DNA of 63,980 nucleotides, counting the filler, from Piptocephalis cylindrospora (Eukaryota): assembly GCA_003614145.1 (NCBI GenBank). It is 3 parts of 3 records of this genome, joined end to end, with 100 filler letters (N's around TTAATTAATTAA, not from the genome) between each part and the next. Parts side by side here need not be neighbours in the genome. Positions count along the whole stretch, not along the records: positions 1 to 23,928 come from KZ987790.1; 2 more parts are not named here. The stretch is one strand, 5' to 3'. The position numbers and the translations under genes were made by a program. Under the pieces are notes generated by a model that did no database searches, had not been told where the DNA came from, and saw nothing but the letters and a program-made list of their open reading frames with translations. This document shows positions 1-11,107 of this stretch, in pieces. Numbering within the stretch: position 1 is the stretch's first letter; each line of letters starts with the position of its first letter.

Positions 1-54
1 TCCGAAGAGACCACGGCCTTAACGTGGCGCCTTAGACCGCTCGGCCATCTCTCC
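1..54 (-). tRNA. tRNA-Leu(AAG), 5' part; 3' end lies outside the window
   Basis: Reverse complement reads GGAGAGATGGCCGAGCGGTCTAAGGCG-CCACG-TT-AAG-GC-CGTGG-TCTCTTCGGA: type II D-arm, 5-bp anticodon stem with AAG, start of a long variable arm. Confidence 0.9.
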
Positions 55-920
55 ATGCTTTGAGGAAAGTATTAAGAACATTCCATACTCCAGAAATACC
101 CCTGCTACTTATTCAATAAAAAATTTTTAGCGCTCTATATATTGATTAAAAAAAGTATCCTTTTTTTACGAGGACTACATCTAGAAAACTTCCCAGAAAG
201 TAGGTTAGGGTCAGGTCATTCAGAAATTTTAACTGACATCAACAATATTCATGTTCTTTGATATGGAAATAATGTGAGAATATAAAGGCTGTGATAAAAA
301 GTAACTAACGCACTGCCGATCGTGTGGGCGGTAATGTCCAGAGTAATTAAGCACATGCATTTTTTTTGGATAGATTGACAACCACTTATAGTAACAATGG
401 TAAGATCATAAGCCGGAGGCAAACACTGATTTCCTCTCTATTTGGATACACGAAGTACTACAACGACATCCCACATCTAATGCTCCGACTCTAGTACGCT
501 TAATTCATCTCTAAAATTTCCGCATTTTTCTGAAATGTCCCTTGGGCGTGTGTTTCCCCATAAGACAATAAATTTTTATACAACCAATGATAAGATTTAA
601 TTTTCATTAGTGCTCTGTGCAATAAATGGGTTTCCTTTCACTAGGCAGTGTATGAGGAAGGTAGGCTTGCTCATGGCGGCCAGGGAGGATCGTGTGAGAG
701 TGTGCCTGTGCGTGACCATTGGCCGTTGTGTCCATCCACTTTTACCCCACACCTTTTTTTCCCCAGGTTAAAAGCCCCAACCCTTCTTCCCACGCTCCGC
801 CAGCTGGATTCCCGGCTACCAGACACCTTCTTTCTTTATCTTCCCCTTCTCGCTTATCCCCTCTCCCTGTGCAGGCCCTCCCTCTCTCCGGTTTCTAAAA
901 GCTCATTAGCACATTTTACC

Positions 921-3559
921 ATGACCACCCAAACCCCCATTGAACCCAAGTTGCTTTGGAGCCCCCCTGATGCGGATACGACTCAAATGAGCCAGTTTCG
1001 CCGTGCCGTTAACGAGCGATTCGGGCTCTCCCTAAGTAAGTTTCCCGTCACTTCCCCTTCCGCTATTCCCCCATATTGATAATCTTTCCTGATTGCTTTC
1101 CGTGCGCAGGTACGTACGGAGAGCTGCATGCTTGGTCGTGTGAGAAGCGAAGTGATTTTTGGGGCTTCCTCTATAACTACTTTCAGGTCAAAGGCTCGAC
1201 GCAGCCCAAGGCTCCAGTCGTGGATGAGTCCCTACCTCCGGCTGCCCTTCCCCGGTGGTTCGAAGGTACCCGGATGAACATGGCCGAAAACCTCCTGTTC
1301 CGCGCGGCTCTGCCGTCGGAGAAGCACCTTGCGATGATCTCCACGGCTGAAGGACAAGAAAAGCCCACACTGATGACCTATGGAGAGCTTCGAGAGCAAG
1401 TGCGGGTAATGCGATCAGCCTTGAGACGACACTCGGGCGTCGGGGTCGGTGACCGGGTGGCTGGATTCCTCCCCAATTGCCCAGAGGCCGTCATTATCAT
1501 GCTGGCCGCCGTCAGTCTCGGAGCCATTTGGACATGCACCTCCCCAGATTTTGGCGTCACCGGGGTCCTTGAACGTTTAAAGCAAGTGAACCCCAAGGTT
1601 CTCTTTGTAGTGGATGGAGTCATCTACAACGGCAAAGTTCCCGCAAACCACGGGGAAAAGGTATCCGCGATTATTGAGGGTTTAGAAGGTTCTGTTCGCG
1701 ATGTGGTTCTCCTTCCCTTTCTGAAGGGAAAGACCGTTGCAACCCCTGCAGCCATCCCTCCTGCGCCTCATCATCCATCTCTGTAAGTTATGGCCTAGCT
1801 GGAGGGACTATATTTATCATGCGCTCATGCTTCCATTTTCGTAGCATCCCCTGGGATAAATATGTTGGAATGGGATCAACTGAGGATGCACTCGTTTTTG
1901 AGCAAGTTTCGTTTGATCACCCTGTTTACATCCTCTTTTCTTCTGGAACCACCGGGGCACCCAAATGCATCGTACATGGAGGAGGGGTAAGTCACGAGGA
2001 ATGCATCTGGTGGGCTGTGTGATTGCACAACCGCTCTTGGAAGTCAACCTACCTACATATTAATTTCATATTAACGACTTGTTATCCGGTCATGCTATTA
2101 GGGATTACTACTTCAAACCCTCAAGGAGCACATCATTCATGGCGGTCTTCAACCCAAGGACATCTTTTTACAGTACACAACGGTAGGTCCCTTTATTAAT
2201 GGATGGAACAAGATATTCAATTTATTCTTGTCTTTCCTTTGCACGTTTACTCATTATGCAATGATTCATTTTACTATACTATAGACGGGTTGGATGATGT
2301 GGAATTGGATGGTGGCAGCCTTAGGAGTGGGATCCACTCTGGTTCTCTATGATGGTTCCCCTTTCATCCTCGCCCACAATTCTTTGGGAAATGATTGATC
2401 AGTTCAAGGTAACAGCTTTTGGCACATCTGCTAAATACCTTCAGTCCCTGGAGGAGGCTGGTGTTCATCCAAGAGAATCCTTTTCCCTCGAATCCCTTCA
2501 CTCGATCTACTCGACGGGATCAGCCCTCCGTCCTGAGTCTTTTGACTTTGTTTACAAGCACATCCGTTCCTCAGTCCTTCTTGGATCCATTACAGGTGGC
2601 ACTGATATCTGCTCTCTCTTTGCCGGGCACAACTCAGCCCTTCCAGTTTACCGTGGGGAAATTCAGTGTCGATCTTTGGGTATGAAGATTGAAGCTTGGA
2701 AGCCCGAGGCCTCCAACGACCCCGAAGTCCGGCAAGGCCATCCAGTTGTCGGGGAGAGCGGGGACCTGGTGTGCTCCGCCGCATTTCCTTGCCAACCTCT
2801 TGGTTTTTGGGGAGATGGATTGGCTCAAGGGACTGATCCCTTCATTAAACTTGGGATGGGGCCCAAGTATAAGGCCTCCTACTTTTCCGAGTACACCTCA
2901 GGAATATGGTACCATGGAGACTTTGTCTGGGTTAATCCCAATACTGGAGGTGTCATCATGCTTGGGAGAAGGTAAGCGGGGACGGAAAGGAAGGTTTGTC
3001 TTTATGATCTTTATATCTCATCCGTCCCCTTTCCTTCGATCCCTCTTGATAGTGACGGGACGTTGAACCCTGGTGGGGTCCGATTTGGGAGTGCTGAGCT
3101 TTATAATGTGGTTGGAGCCTTTCCGGAAGTGGCGGATTCCCTGGCTGTGGGTCAAAAAATGGGCGAGGATGAAAGGGTAGTCATGTTCCTTATTCCAGCT
3201 CAGGGCTATTCCATTACCCCAGAGTTGATCAAGTCCATCAACTTAAAAATTCGTCAGCAGCTGTCCCCTCGGCATGTCCCGGCCATTACCCTTTCCACCC
3301 CGGAGATTCCGGTAAGTTGATGTCTACCCTCCTTTTTCCTTTAGCTGCTTTTTCTTTGGTGCTTACATCCTTCTGATAGCATACGGTGAATGGCAAGAAG
3401 GTGGAGGTGGCGGTTAAGAGGATCATCAGTGGAGAAGCCTATGTTCCCTCTGGCACCCTGGTGAATCCTGATTGCCTGGAATACTATAAGAACATTCCCG
3501 AATTGGCCATCCCATCCTCTTCGACTGGGACAGAGATGTCTAGCAAGGGGAAATTATAA
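921..3559 (+). CDS. AACS: Acetoacetyl-CoA synthetase (acyl-CoA ligase family), 7 exons
   Basis: Exons ~921-1035, 1110-1782, 1845-1986, 2102-2182, 2285-2971, 3053-3311, 3380-3559 join in frame over GT-AG introns. Motifs [86 protein letters not shown]. Confidence 0.93.
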
Positions 3560-4444
3560 AAAAAATACGGAGGGTGAATGAGGGAAGGATATGCGGACGA
3601 GAAGTTGACGAAAATGAATGGGTGAACTTGAGAGGTATTGGTCCGTCCCATTCTAATTATGATGAATTTTTGATTTATCAACGTCTTTGAAAAAGAACAG
3701 TACCACTTTAAATGAGTGGACATCGGGTATTTACGGCTGGTACCGCACGCCTTCCCAGTCATAATAACTGATGAGTAGGGTTAAGGGCCTAGCTGCCTAC
3801 ACCAACATGGTGAAATAAGAGGCTTTATGTACATAATATGCCATTCTAAAGGATGGATACAGTCTTGTCCTTATCAACCTTACACGTATTTCTATCATGA
3901 GAAGTCGACCAATCCAAGCACTTTCTGGTGACATCCTTCCTTGGCAGTGCGGAACGTGTGGGGCAGGAGGCAGCTCGATTCGTCGGAGATTCCCTACTAG
4001 ATGGGGGAAATATGCGGCATGTCTCTAGCTCTGGCAGTCACTTGTGCATGTAGTCAAGAGCCCTTGTGTACTCAAGAACGGTTGAATGAGTATGGTGGGT
4101 TCCAGGGACCCAGACTTAACACGACATCATGCGTCTCATTTGTCCTCCCCAGCTATGACGGTATAGACTCGTATGAACGGGTCGGATACATAAAGAGGAA
4201 GAGCGTAGTGTAAACACTATAAAGGGAGAGCGGATAGATGTCGCCTGAATGCTGCTTGAAGGATTGGAATTGATCGCCTTCACTCCACCTCTCTTTTTCT
4301 CCTTACTTCGCCGCCTCGTCCCACGAGTCTTCTTTTGGCATGGTTTTTCATCTTGCCTTTACGACATTCTATATAACGCATCACTTTTTCCGTCGTGAGA
4401 TCCCCCTCCCAGTCTTCTCCATCAGCCTCCCCCCTCTCTTTCTT

Positions 4445-5512
4445 ATGCAATTACGCTTTCTTTCTCTCTTCATCCTATTTTCACTCCACTACAGCCCTGT
4501 CCCGATTCATGGCTTACCTACTCCAAATCAACCCGACATATCTGACACTCCGTTCAGTAAGACCATCCAAGACTACAGTCAATACACCCACGATATTAGT
4601 CGGTATCTTGTGACATCTCCATCCCCCTCCAATAACTTTACGAGTCGTGACCATATAAAGTTACAGACATGGTTTGATGCATCCAAGGATGTGTCTATAT
4701 TCCTGAAGCGTATATCCAACTTGAGGGTATCTCAGGACCTTGAGAATACATTTTCTCTAAAGCCCGCTTCTCAGCTAGCTCAACAGGTATGGATTATGGA
4801 GGAGGTAGAGAGGATGAAAAAGGATGCAAAGTGGATCCTTTCCTTTCTTCTTCGGATTCAAGAGGCCCACAATCCCATTTACCTTTCCGGATCGGACATG
4901 GCCTCGTACCAACCTATCCAAGAGTATCTCTCCGGGGTGCGCAGTAATATTGATACGCCCAGAGAATGCCTCAATACTCAGGGTTCCGTCAAATTTATCA
5001 TGCAGAAAAATTACCCGAGGACGCCCGTTCACCTACAGGCACCCTGGACCGCTCAAGCTCTCTTAGTGGAGCTGGATATTCTCTATCGACTTCAGCGAAT
5101 TGTGTCTCGAGGAAGAAGTCCCGCCTCGACACCATCTCCGGCTACTGCTTCCTCTGACCATTCCCATCGAAAGGAGGTTACTCTTTTGGTGATAAGCTAT
5201 ACTCATCTTGCCACCATCTACTCAAACGAGAATGCATGGCGTGTGCCGAAAAAAGGCAGAGTGCTGGGCCAGGATTGGCCTGTGACGATGTTGACCGTGA
5301 TTGGGAATAACGCGTTGAAGCTATTAGGTGAGAAATCACCGAGCCATGAGGCATTGTATAACAAATGTCTGGAGAATGCCTGGGCCATGGAAATGAGGCT
5401 GCTTACGGAAATCAAGCGAGCCTACAAAATGCTTCATATCCTGGTTGAGACGATGAGCAAGGACTTGGCGGCGCGGCGTAAGCAGGTACGTACTCTCCTT
5501 CGCTCTACCTAG
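4445..5512 (+). CDS. Hypothetical secreted protein (~355 aa)
   Basis: Long intronless ORF. The ATG at 4445 starts a signal-peptide-like MQLRFLSLFILFSLHYSPVPIHG. No family recognised. Confidence 0.65.
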   Translation: MQLRFLSLFILFSLHYSPVPIHGLPTPNQPDISDTPFSKTIQDYSQYTHDISRYLVTSPSPSNNFTSRDHIKLQTWFDASKDVSIFLKRISNLRVSQDLENTFSLKPASQLAQQVWIMEEVERMKKDAKWILSFLLRIQEAHNPIYLSGSDMASYQPIQEYLSGVRSNIDTPRECLNTQGSVKFIMQKNYPRTPVHLQAPWTAQALLVELDILYRLQRIVSRGRSPASTPSPATASSDHSHRKEVTLLVISYTHLATIYSNENAWRVPKKGRVLGQDWPVTMLTVIGNNALKLLGEKSPSHEALYNKCLENAWAMEMRLLTEIKRAYKMLHILVETMSKDLAARRKQVRTLLRST

Positions 5513-5686
5513 GAGAGAAGTTGGAGCATATATTTCATTCACATTAAAACTATTTCATCCCATATCAATATTTGTGCCTATGGCTATGAGGAGACGAGTA
5601 TTATTCAACAGGGAACAAATACAATGCGGACGGTCTAGAAGACAAATGCGATCATCAAAACTAGGAGTAGTTGGATGATAAAAATT

Positions 5687-5758
5687 CTCGGTGACGGGGA
5701 ATTGAACCCCGGTCTCCCGCGTGACAGGCGGGGATACTCACCACTATACTATCACCGA
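5687..5758 (-). tRNA. tRNA-Asp(GTC)
   Basis: 72-nt reverse complement TCGGTGATAGTATAGTGGTGAGTATCCCCGCCT-GTC-ACGCGGGAGACCGGGGTTCAATTCCCCGTCACCGAG folds into a cloverleaf; a T-run follows on the minus strand. Confidence 0.95.
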
Positions 5759-5879
5759 TGAAAAAAATTGAAAATGTGTATCTATTTATTGCAACAAATA
5801 AGTAGCATTGTTGATGGGCTTTGATTGATGACGGATAGCAGGTTTTAGGATTCTTCCTGCATAATGTGCCTTTATTCCC

Positions 5880-7238
5880 ATGTCGTTCCCAAATCAAGTG
5901 CCCCCTTCGCCAAATGGTGCGCCCAGTGTAGGCCCTACCTTACCCGACCCTTCCCCTGCCCCTCCTCCTACCCTGAGCCCTGCTGACCGAGGGACTAAGT
6001 CCCGATGGGATTCCTCGGAGGATGAGGAGAAGGCTGGATCCAAGTCTGGATCCGGACGGGAGTCGCGGCGTCGTCAACGTCGACGGCAACGGGTTCATAC
6101 CTCGGGAAAGAATCATGCCAACTCACAGCCTCATCCTCATTCCACGTCCTCTGGGGAGACGAGCTCGACGAAGCGTCCTCGCCTTGTCCGACCTGATATG
6201 GGCCTTAGGCATGGGCCTCCGTTACTCATGACGTGTAAAAGCGTGGAACACTATGAAAAGCTCAACCGAATCGAGGAAGGTACCTACGGAGTGGTGTATC
6301 GAGCGCGAGACCGGGAAACGGGGGAGATTGTGGCGCTAAAGCGGCTTAAACTGGATAAGGAGACCCAGGGATTTCCGGTCACGTCTCTTCGAGAGATTCA
6401 TACGCTCATGGCAGCTCGACACCCTCACATCGTCCATCTTCGAGAGATGGTAACCTCGGCCCCTTCTTCCTCCTCCGCAGGTCCCATGCCGTCGATTTAC
6501 TTAGTGATGGACTTTGTGGAACATGATTTGAGAGGCTTGCTCGAGGCCATGCCAACACCCTTCCTGCCCTCTGAGGTCAAGACATTGATGGGCCAGCTCC
6601 TGTCAGCAGCGGCGCTCATGCACTCTCAATGGATCCTTCATCGAGATCTCAAGCCATCCAATTTGTTGATGAATAATACTGGCCATGTTGTTGTGGCGGA
6701 TTTTGGTTTAGCGCGGACGTACGGGGAGCCGCAGGATCCATCATCGGCCCTGACGACGCCGGTGGTGACGCTGTGGTATCGGTCGCCCGAGCTGCTTTTA
6801 GGGTCCAAGACTTATGGACCTCCCGTGGACATGTGGAGCATCGGGTGTATCTTTGCTGAACTTCTGAGTAACACTGCATTGTTCCCTGGAAAGGGCGAGA
6901 TGGATCAACTAAGTCGGATCTTCCAGGTTCTGGGCTTGCCCACGGATGAAGGATGGCCTGGGTGGCGGGATCTCCCCCATGCACAAGGAGTGACCTTTCG
7001 GGCCCCATCGGGTCAATCCAAGCCTCTTCGATCCATGTTCCCGCACTTGACCCACCATGGTCTGGAGTTACTGGGTCAGCTTTTGGCGTATGATCCAAAT
7101 CAGCGAATCTCGGCCCAAGAAGCCCTAAAGCACCCTTACTTTTCTGAAGCGCCCTTGCCAAAGCACCCATCTCTCTTTCCTTCCTGGCCTAGTAAAGCCT
7201 CTCAAGAGGGTCAACAGAGACGGGGGGAATATGAGTAA
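5880..7238 (+). CDS. CDK11: CDK11/PITSLRE-type cyclin-dependent kinase (Ppk23-like)
   Basis: YEKLNRIEEGTYGVVYRA, GFPVTSLREI cyclin-binding helix, HRDLKPSNLL, DFGLAR, VVTLWYRSPELLLG, C-terminal FPSWPSKA. Confidence 0.92.
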   Translation: MSFPNQVPPSPNGAPSVGPTLPDPSPAPPPTLSPADRGTKSRWDSSEDEEKAGSKSGSGRESRRRQRRRQRVHTSGKNHANSQPHPHSTSSGETSSTKRPRLVRPDMGLRHGPPLLMTCKSVEHYEKLNRIEEGTYGVVYRARDRETGEIVALKRLKLDKETQGFPVTSLREIHTLMAARHPHIVHLREMVTSAPSSSSAGPMPSIYLVMDFVEHDLRGLLEAMPTPFLPSEVKTLMGQLLSAAALMHSQWILHRDLKPSNLLMNNTGHVVVADFGLARTYGEPQDPSSALTTPVVTLWYRSPELLLGSKTYGPPVDMWSIGCIFAELLSNTALFPGKGEMDQLSRIFQVLGLPTDEGWPGWRDLPHAQGVTFRAPSGQSKPLRSMFPHLTHHGLELLGQLLAYDPNQRISAQEALKHPYFSEAPLPKHPSLFPSWPSKASQEGQQRRGEYE

Positions 7239-7725
7239 TTTGGAGAATATAATGAAAAAAAAGAGAGAGAGAGAGAGAGGGGGCTGAGATAGACTGGGTG
7301 TATACCGTATAGCCAAGGGCCTCTTAGTCCAAGCGTTGCAGAGACTTCTCTTCCATGATAATCGAAAGGCCGATCTGATCATTATTGGTCTTCCAGATAC
7401 CCCATACTCCTCAATAACCGAGATATAGGCACAGAGCGTCGAGTAAGGGGATAAGCAAAGGTAGCAATATATAGAAGGAAATAGTTCCTGGACTCTCACC
7501 CCACATACGGACAGACACAGACACGTAGCCTTGGTTTCGCCTTAAGGCACAGCGCCTCACAAGATCTCTAGCCCATATCGCATCACCATCATCACAACCG
7601 TTGCACCCCTTCGTACACAGTGTTTTGTAGGCTTATATGCTCACAGGGGAGCTTCCCGTCAACACACGGACCCGATCCCAACAGCTCAATGTCCATTCGC
7701 CTCATCGGATCTGGCATTAAGGCCT

Positions 7726-9657
7726 TTAGGGAGTACATAAGGTAACAGGCTCCTCGGATAATCGACCAAGACCCCTACTCTCCTCACTCTCGCCCTCATC
7801 CTCCTGGGGTAGGGGACCATCCTCTCGTCGGTGGACGCCGAGAACGCGCTCAAACTCGACGAGCTGGTAGACGAGGGACATGTTGGGGGAGATGGCAGAA
7901 GAGAGATTCTTCACGTAGGTGTAGGCTTGATGCAGGGGCCAGGTGCGTTCGCGCATGACATAGGCCAGGATGAGAGAGGCACTTCGGGAGACACCACACT
8001 GGCAGTGAACGAGGGCGCCGACCCGATGGGCCTTTGCCTCGTCGAGGTAGGCAAAGGCAACGTCGAAGAAATCGGCAAGATTTTCCTGATTGTGGCCCCA
8101 GGCAAACTTTTTATACCTTAGGGACCCAGAGATGGTGTGGGTAGGGGGGACATTGGGTGAGGAGGAGGGAGGGGATGAGATGGGAGCCTGGATGGCGGGG
8201 ATATCGGCGCTACGTGATCTACCCAAAGGGGAGTCAGACCTCTCCTCCTGATCCGAAGCTCTGTCGATGTCACAGGATGGGGATTTGGGGGTGGATGCCG
8301 AGGGCGGGAGGAGATGACTGGCACTACGGTGGGCCTGTGGATTACCCCATGGGTATCGTCTTACTGCGCTAGTGGTTATGGGAGAAGCAGGCTCCTTGGA
8401 ATGGAGACGAGAACTGGGGGAAGAGGGGGATTTGGACCTGGATCGGGACCAAGCGACGGTCTGTTGAACAACACCATTAGCGCCTGGGGCTGGTAGGGTC
8501 TTAAGGGCAGCAGCATAGCTTAGGCCTGGGGAGAGTCGACCATCGGTACGACCCGGGGACCTGGGGGCCTGGTTAGCCCTGAGATACAAGGAGGGGGAGG
8601 AGGGGGTGGATGGGGACATTTGACGAGTGAGCGGAGATGGCTTTCGGATGAGTCCTTGTTGCAGGTTATGAACCAGGCCTAGGGAGGGCCTGCGACCTCT
8701 TGGTCCCTGGGAGGGTTGGTGCATAGCCTCTTCTCTAGGGACAGAAAGGTGCATCTAGGTGTCAGCCATGGTCGAGGAGGAAGAGGAGGAAGAGGAGGAG
8801 GCGGAGGAGGATGGGGATGTGGAAAGAAGCGGGGTGGGGGATAGAGGCTTTGGACGATGAAGGGGAAGAGGATCCTCGGATTCGAGGGAGTCAATGACCT
8901 GCGAGAGCCTCTCGGAGCCGAGGATGAACTGGGTGGGGGGGGTTTGGGTGCCGGAGCGAGTAGAAGCCCTGGAGATGGGAAGTGGGGAAGCGGAGGAGGA
9001 GGGAGGGTTGGAGGGAGGGGGCCTGGAGACGGACATGGACTGAGGGGAGATAAGGACGTGGTGGGGGTCCCAGGGCAGGGAGACTTCTTTGGCGACATTT
9101 AGGACGTAGCCGATGCCGAACTTGGCAAGGACGCGGGGATCGGCGGCATTGACCTCGGTGCCCAGATAGATGCCTGGGATAATTTCGACGGGGCCATCCC
9201 GGTAAGGATCCGATTCATCTGGACCTACCAGACCGCCAAAGACCGAGGCGGAAGAGGAGGCCGAGGGAAGACAGGCATCTGAGGCTCTTCGAAAGACACT
9301 GGAGGGGGGACCGCGGTTATCAGTGATCCCACCAAAGGAGGCGACTCTTGGGGTGACTCCGGCACCCATGAGGCCTTGACGGGAACCACCTCCTAGGAAG
9401 GGGGTGGAGGGGGCGGAGAGGGCCGAGGTGGAATCGGACCTGGCTGGGAGGGCCAAGGAGAGGTTTTTTGCATTTCGCTTCTTGAGCACGCCTGAACCCG
9501 GGGCCAGCTTTGAGGTTGGGGGCGAGGAGGATGGCGGGGAGGGCAAGGGGTTCCCCAGGGTCGGGGTGGGCGATTCGGTGAGCTGGGGAACCGAGTGAGG
9601 GAGAATCACCGAATGCGACGGGGCCGGGGAGGAAGTGGAGTTGGACTGAGGCGGCAT
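7726..9657 (-). CDS. Dual-specificity MAPK phosphatase (Msg5/Pmp1-like); frame interrupted by TAG at 8755-8757, probably a splice acceptor
   Basis: Upstream ORF carries docking motif KKRNAKNLSL and DSP start GPVEIIPGIYLG...YVLNVAKEV. The same-frame downstream ORF carries VHCQCGVSRSAS and ISPNMSLVYQLVEFE. Confidence 0.85.
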
Positions 9658-10306
9658 GTGCAGGTTTCTGTGAGAGCGATTTGTGCGTTTTTGTGTGTGT
9701 GTGAGGAAGGGATACCAGGAAGGTTAGGAAGGAAGATGGATGGGAAAGGATTGTGGTGGTGGTTTGATGGCACTCACAGGCCAGCAAGTAAGTGCGGGTG
9801 TAAGGCAGAAAGAAACAGGGAAGAAAAGATATGCGGAGGTGTGAACCCAGGGGGGACGACAAAGTGGGGGATGAAAAGGAGAGGCTGGCCTAGTTTAAGC
9901 TGGAGATTGGACCGGGTCAGAGGCGCTAGACTAGACCAAGGCGGAACAGATGGAGTGGGATGTGAGAAGCACAGAGAGAAGTGTGTGCTCTACTCATTAG
10001 GCACGGTATCTTGTCGGAGGTGAAAGACCTCTTGGTTGGCTAGCCATTCACACGACGACGGGGTTTCCTCTGAGCGAGTATGGAAGGGCTCGTTGGTTCA
10101 TTTACGGTTGAAATGGACGCTCCTATTCAGGGCTCCGGGCCCCTTTTCCTCTCCTCTCCTGTGCTGTTCTGTTCTGTGCTGTGCTGTGCTGTGTGTTGGG
10201 TGGTACAGGCAAAGTGGCTGTGGGCACCACATTGTATCTCCAAGCACGGTGGAGAGCATAGACAAGCGACGGCCTCACCTTTCCAGCGCATATCTGGTAG
10301 ATATTG

Positions 10307-10338
<32 letters not shown>

Positions 10339-10556
10339 GCTGGAGAGGCAGGGTCAAGGGTGTGTGCGGATCTTGGAACGGCTGAAGGTAGTGCCCATAC
10401 TACACACACACACACCCTCCATGAAGCTATGATGTGCGTGCGTGCGTGTGATATTTATTCCATGCTAAAAATAGATCGAGTCCTGGTAACAGGTGAGTCT
10501 ACCCTGTTGGCATATGTGAAGTTTGGTGTGGGAGTTTTCAAGGAGGGATGAGGCTT

Positions 10557-10580
10557 TGTGTGTGTGTGTGTGTGTGTGTG
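10557..10580. repeat. (TG)12 microsatellite
   Basis: Read directly; a (CA)n tract also lies at ~10308-10331. Confidence 0.9.
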
Positions 10581-11107
10581 TCTGCAGTAGAAGCTAACAG
10601 TAGTAGTAGCAGCACACCGGGCGAAGCCGATACTGGCGATGCTCACTACCCATAGATATGGGAGGGGGTGAAATGCATCCAGGATATCCCTGACCATGGT
10701 ATGCTCGGTGGTTACAGCATTCTGCAGGACTCATGCGGTGAACTCGGGGGTGATTTAGCCGTCCTTCTTGGACAGCAGTAACCTCTGCTGTAGGAAGGGT
10801 ATCCAATGTATTATCCAATGTATTAGGGTCTTGCACAAATCCGACAAAGGCAGTAGATCTAGGCGAGTCACATCGAGGTCGGCATAACATTCACACATAC
10901 ATATCTCTGTCAAAGTGGAGTCAACCATCATGTGGAAAGGTCAAGCTGACGAAGTAGAGGATGATCGTATACGCGTGAATGGATTGGAGGATATTTAAAG
11001 ATCTGGAGCGGTATGTACCCTCCCTCCCTTCCTTCTGGGGTCTGCTTAATACGATACCCATTCTATTCATGTAAATCTTCTGGCAAGGGGATGACGTCTG
11101 CCAAGCG

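Noticed and set aside
5661..5897. 78-aa minus-strand ORF
   Set aside because: It is a translation of the tRNA-Asp gene and its flanks.
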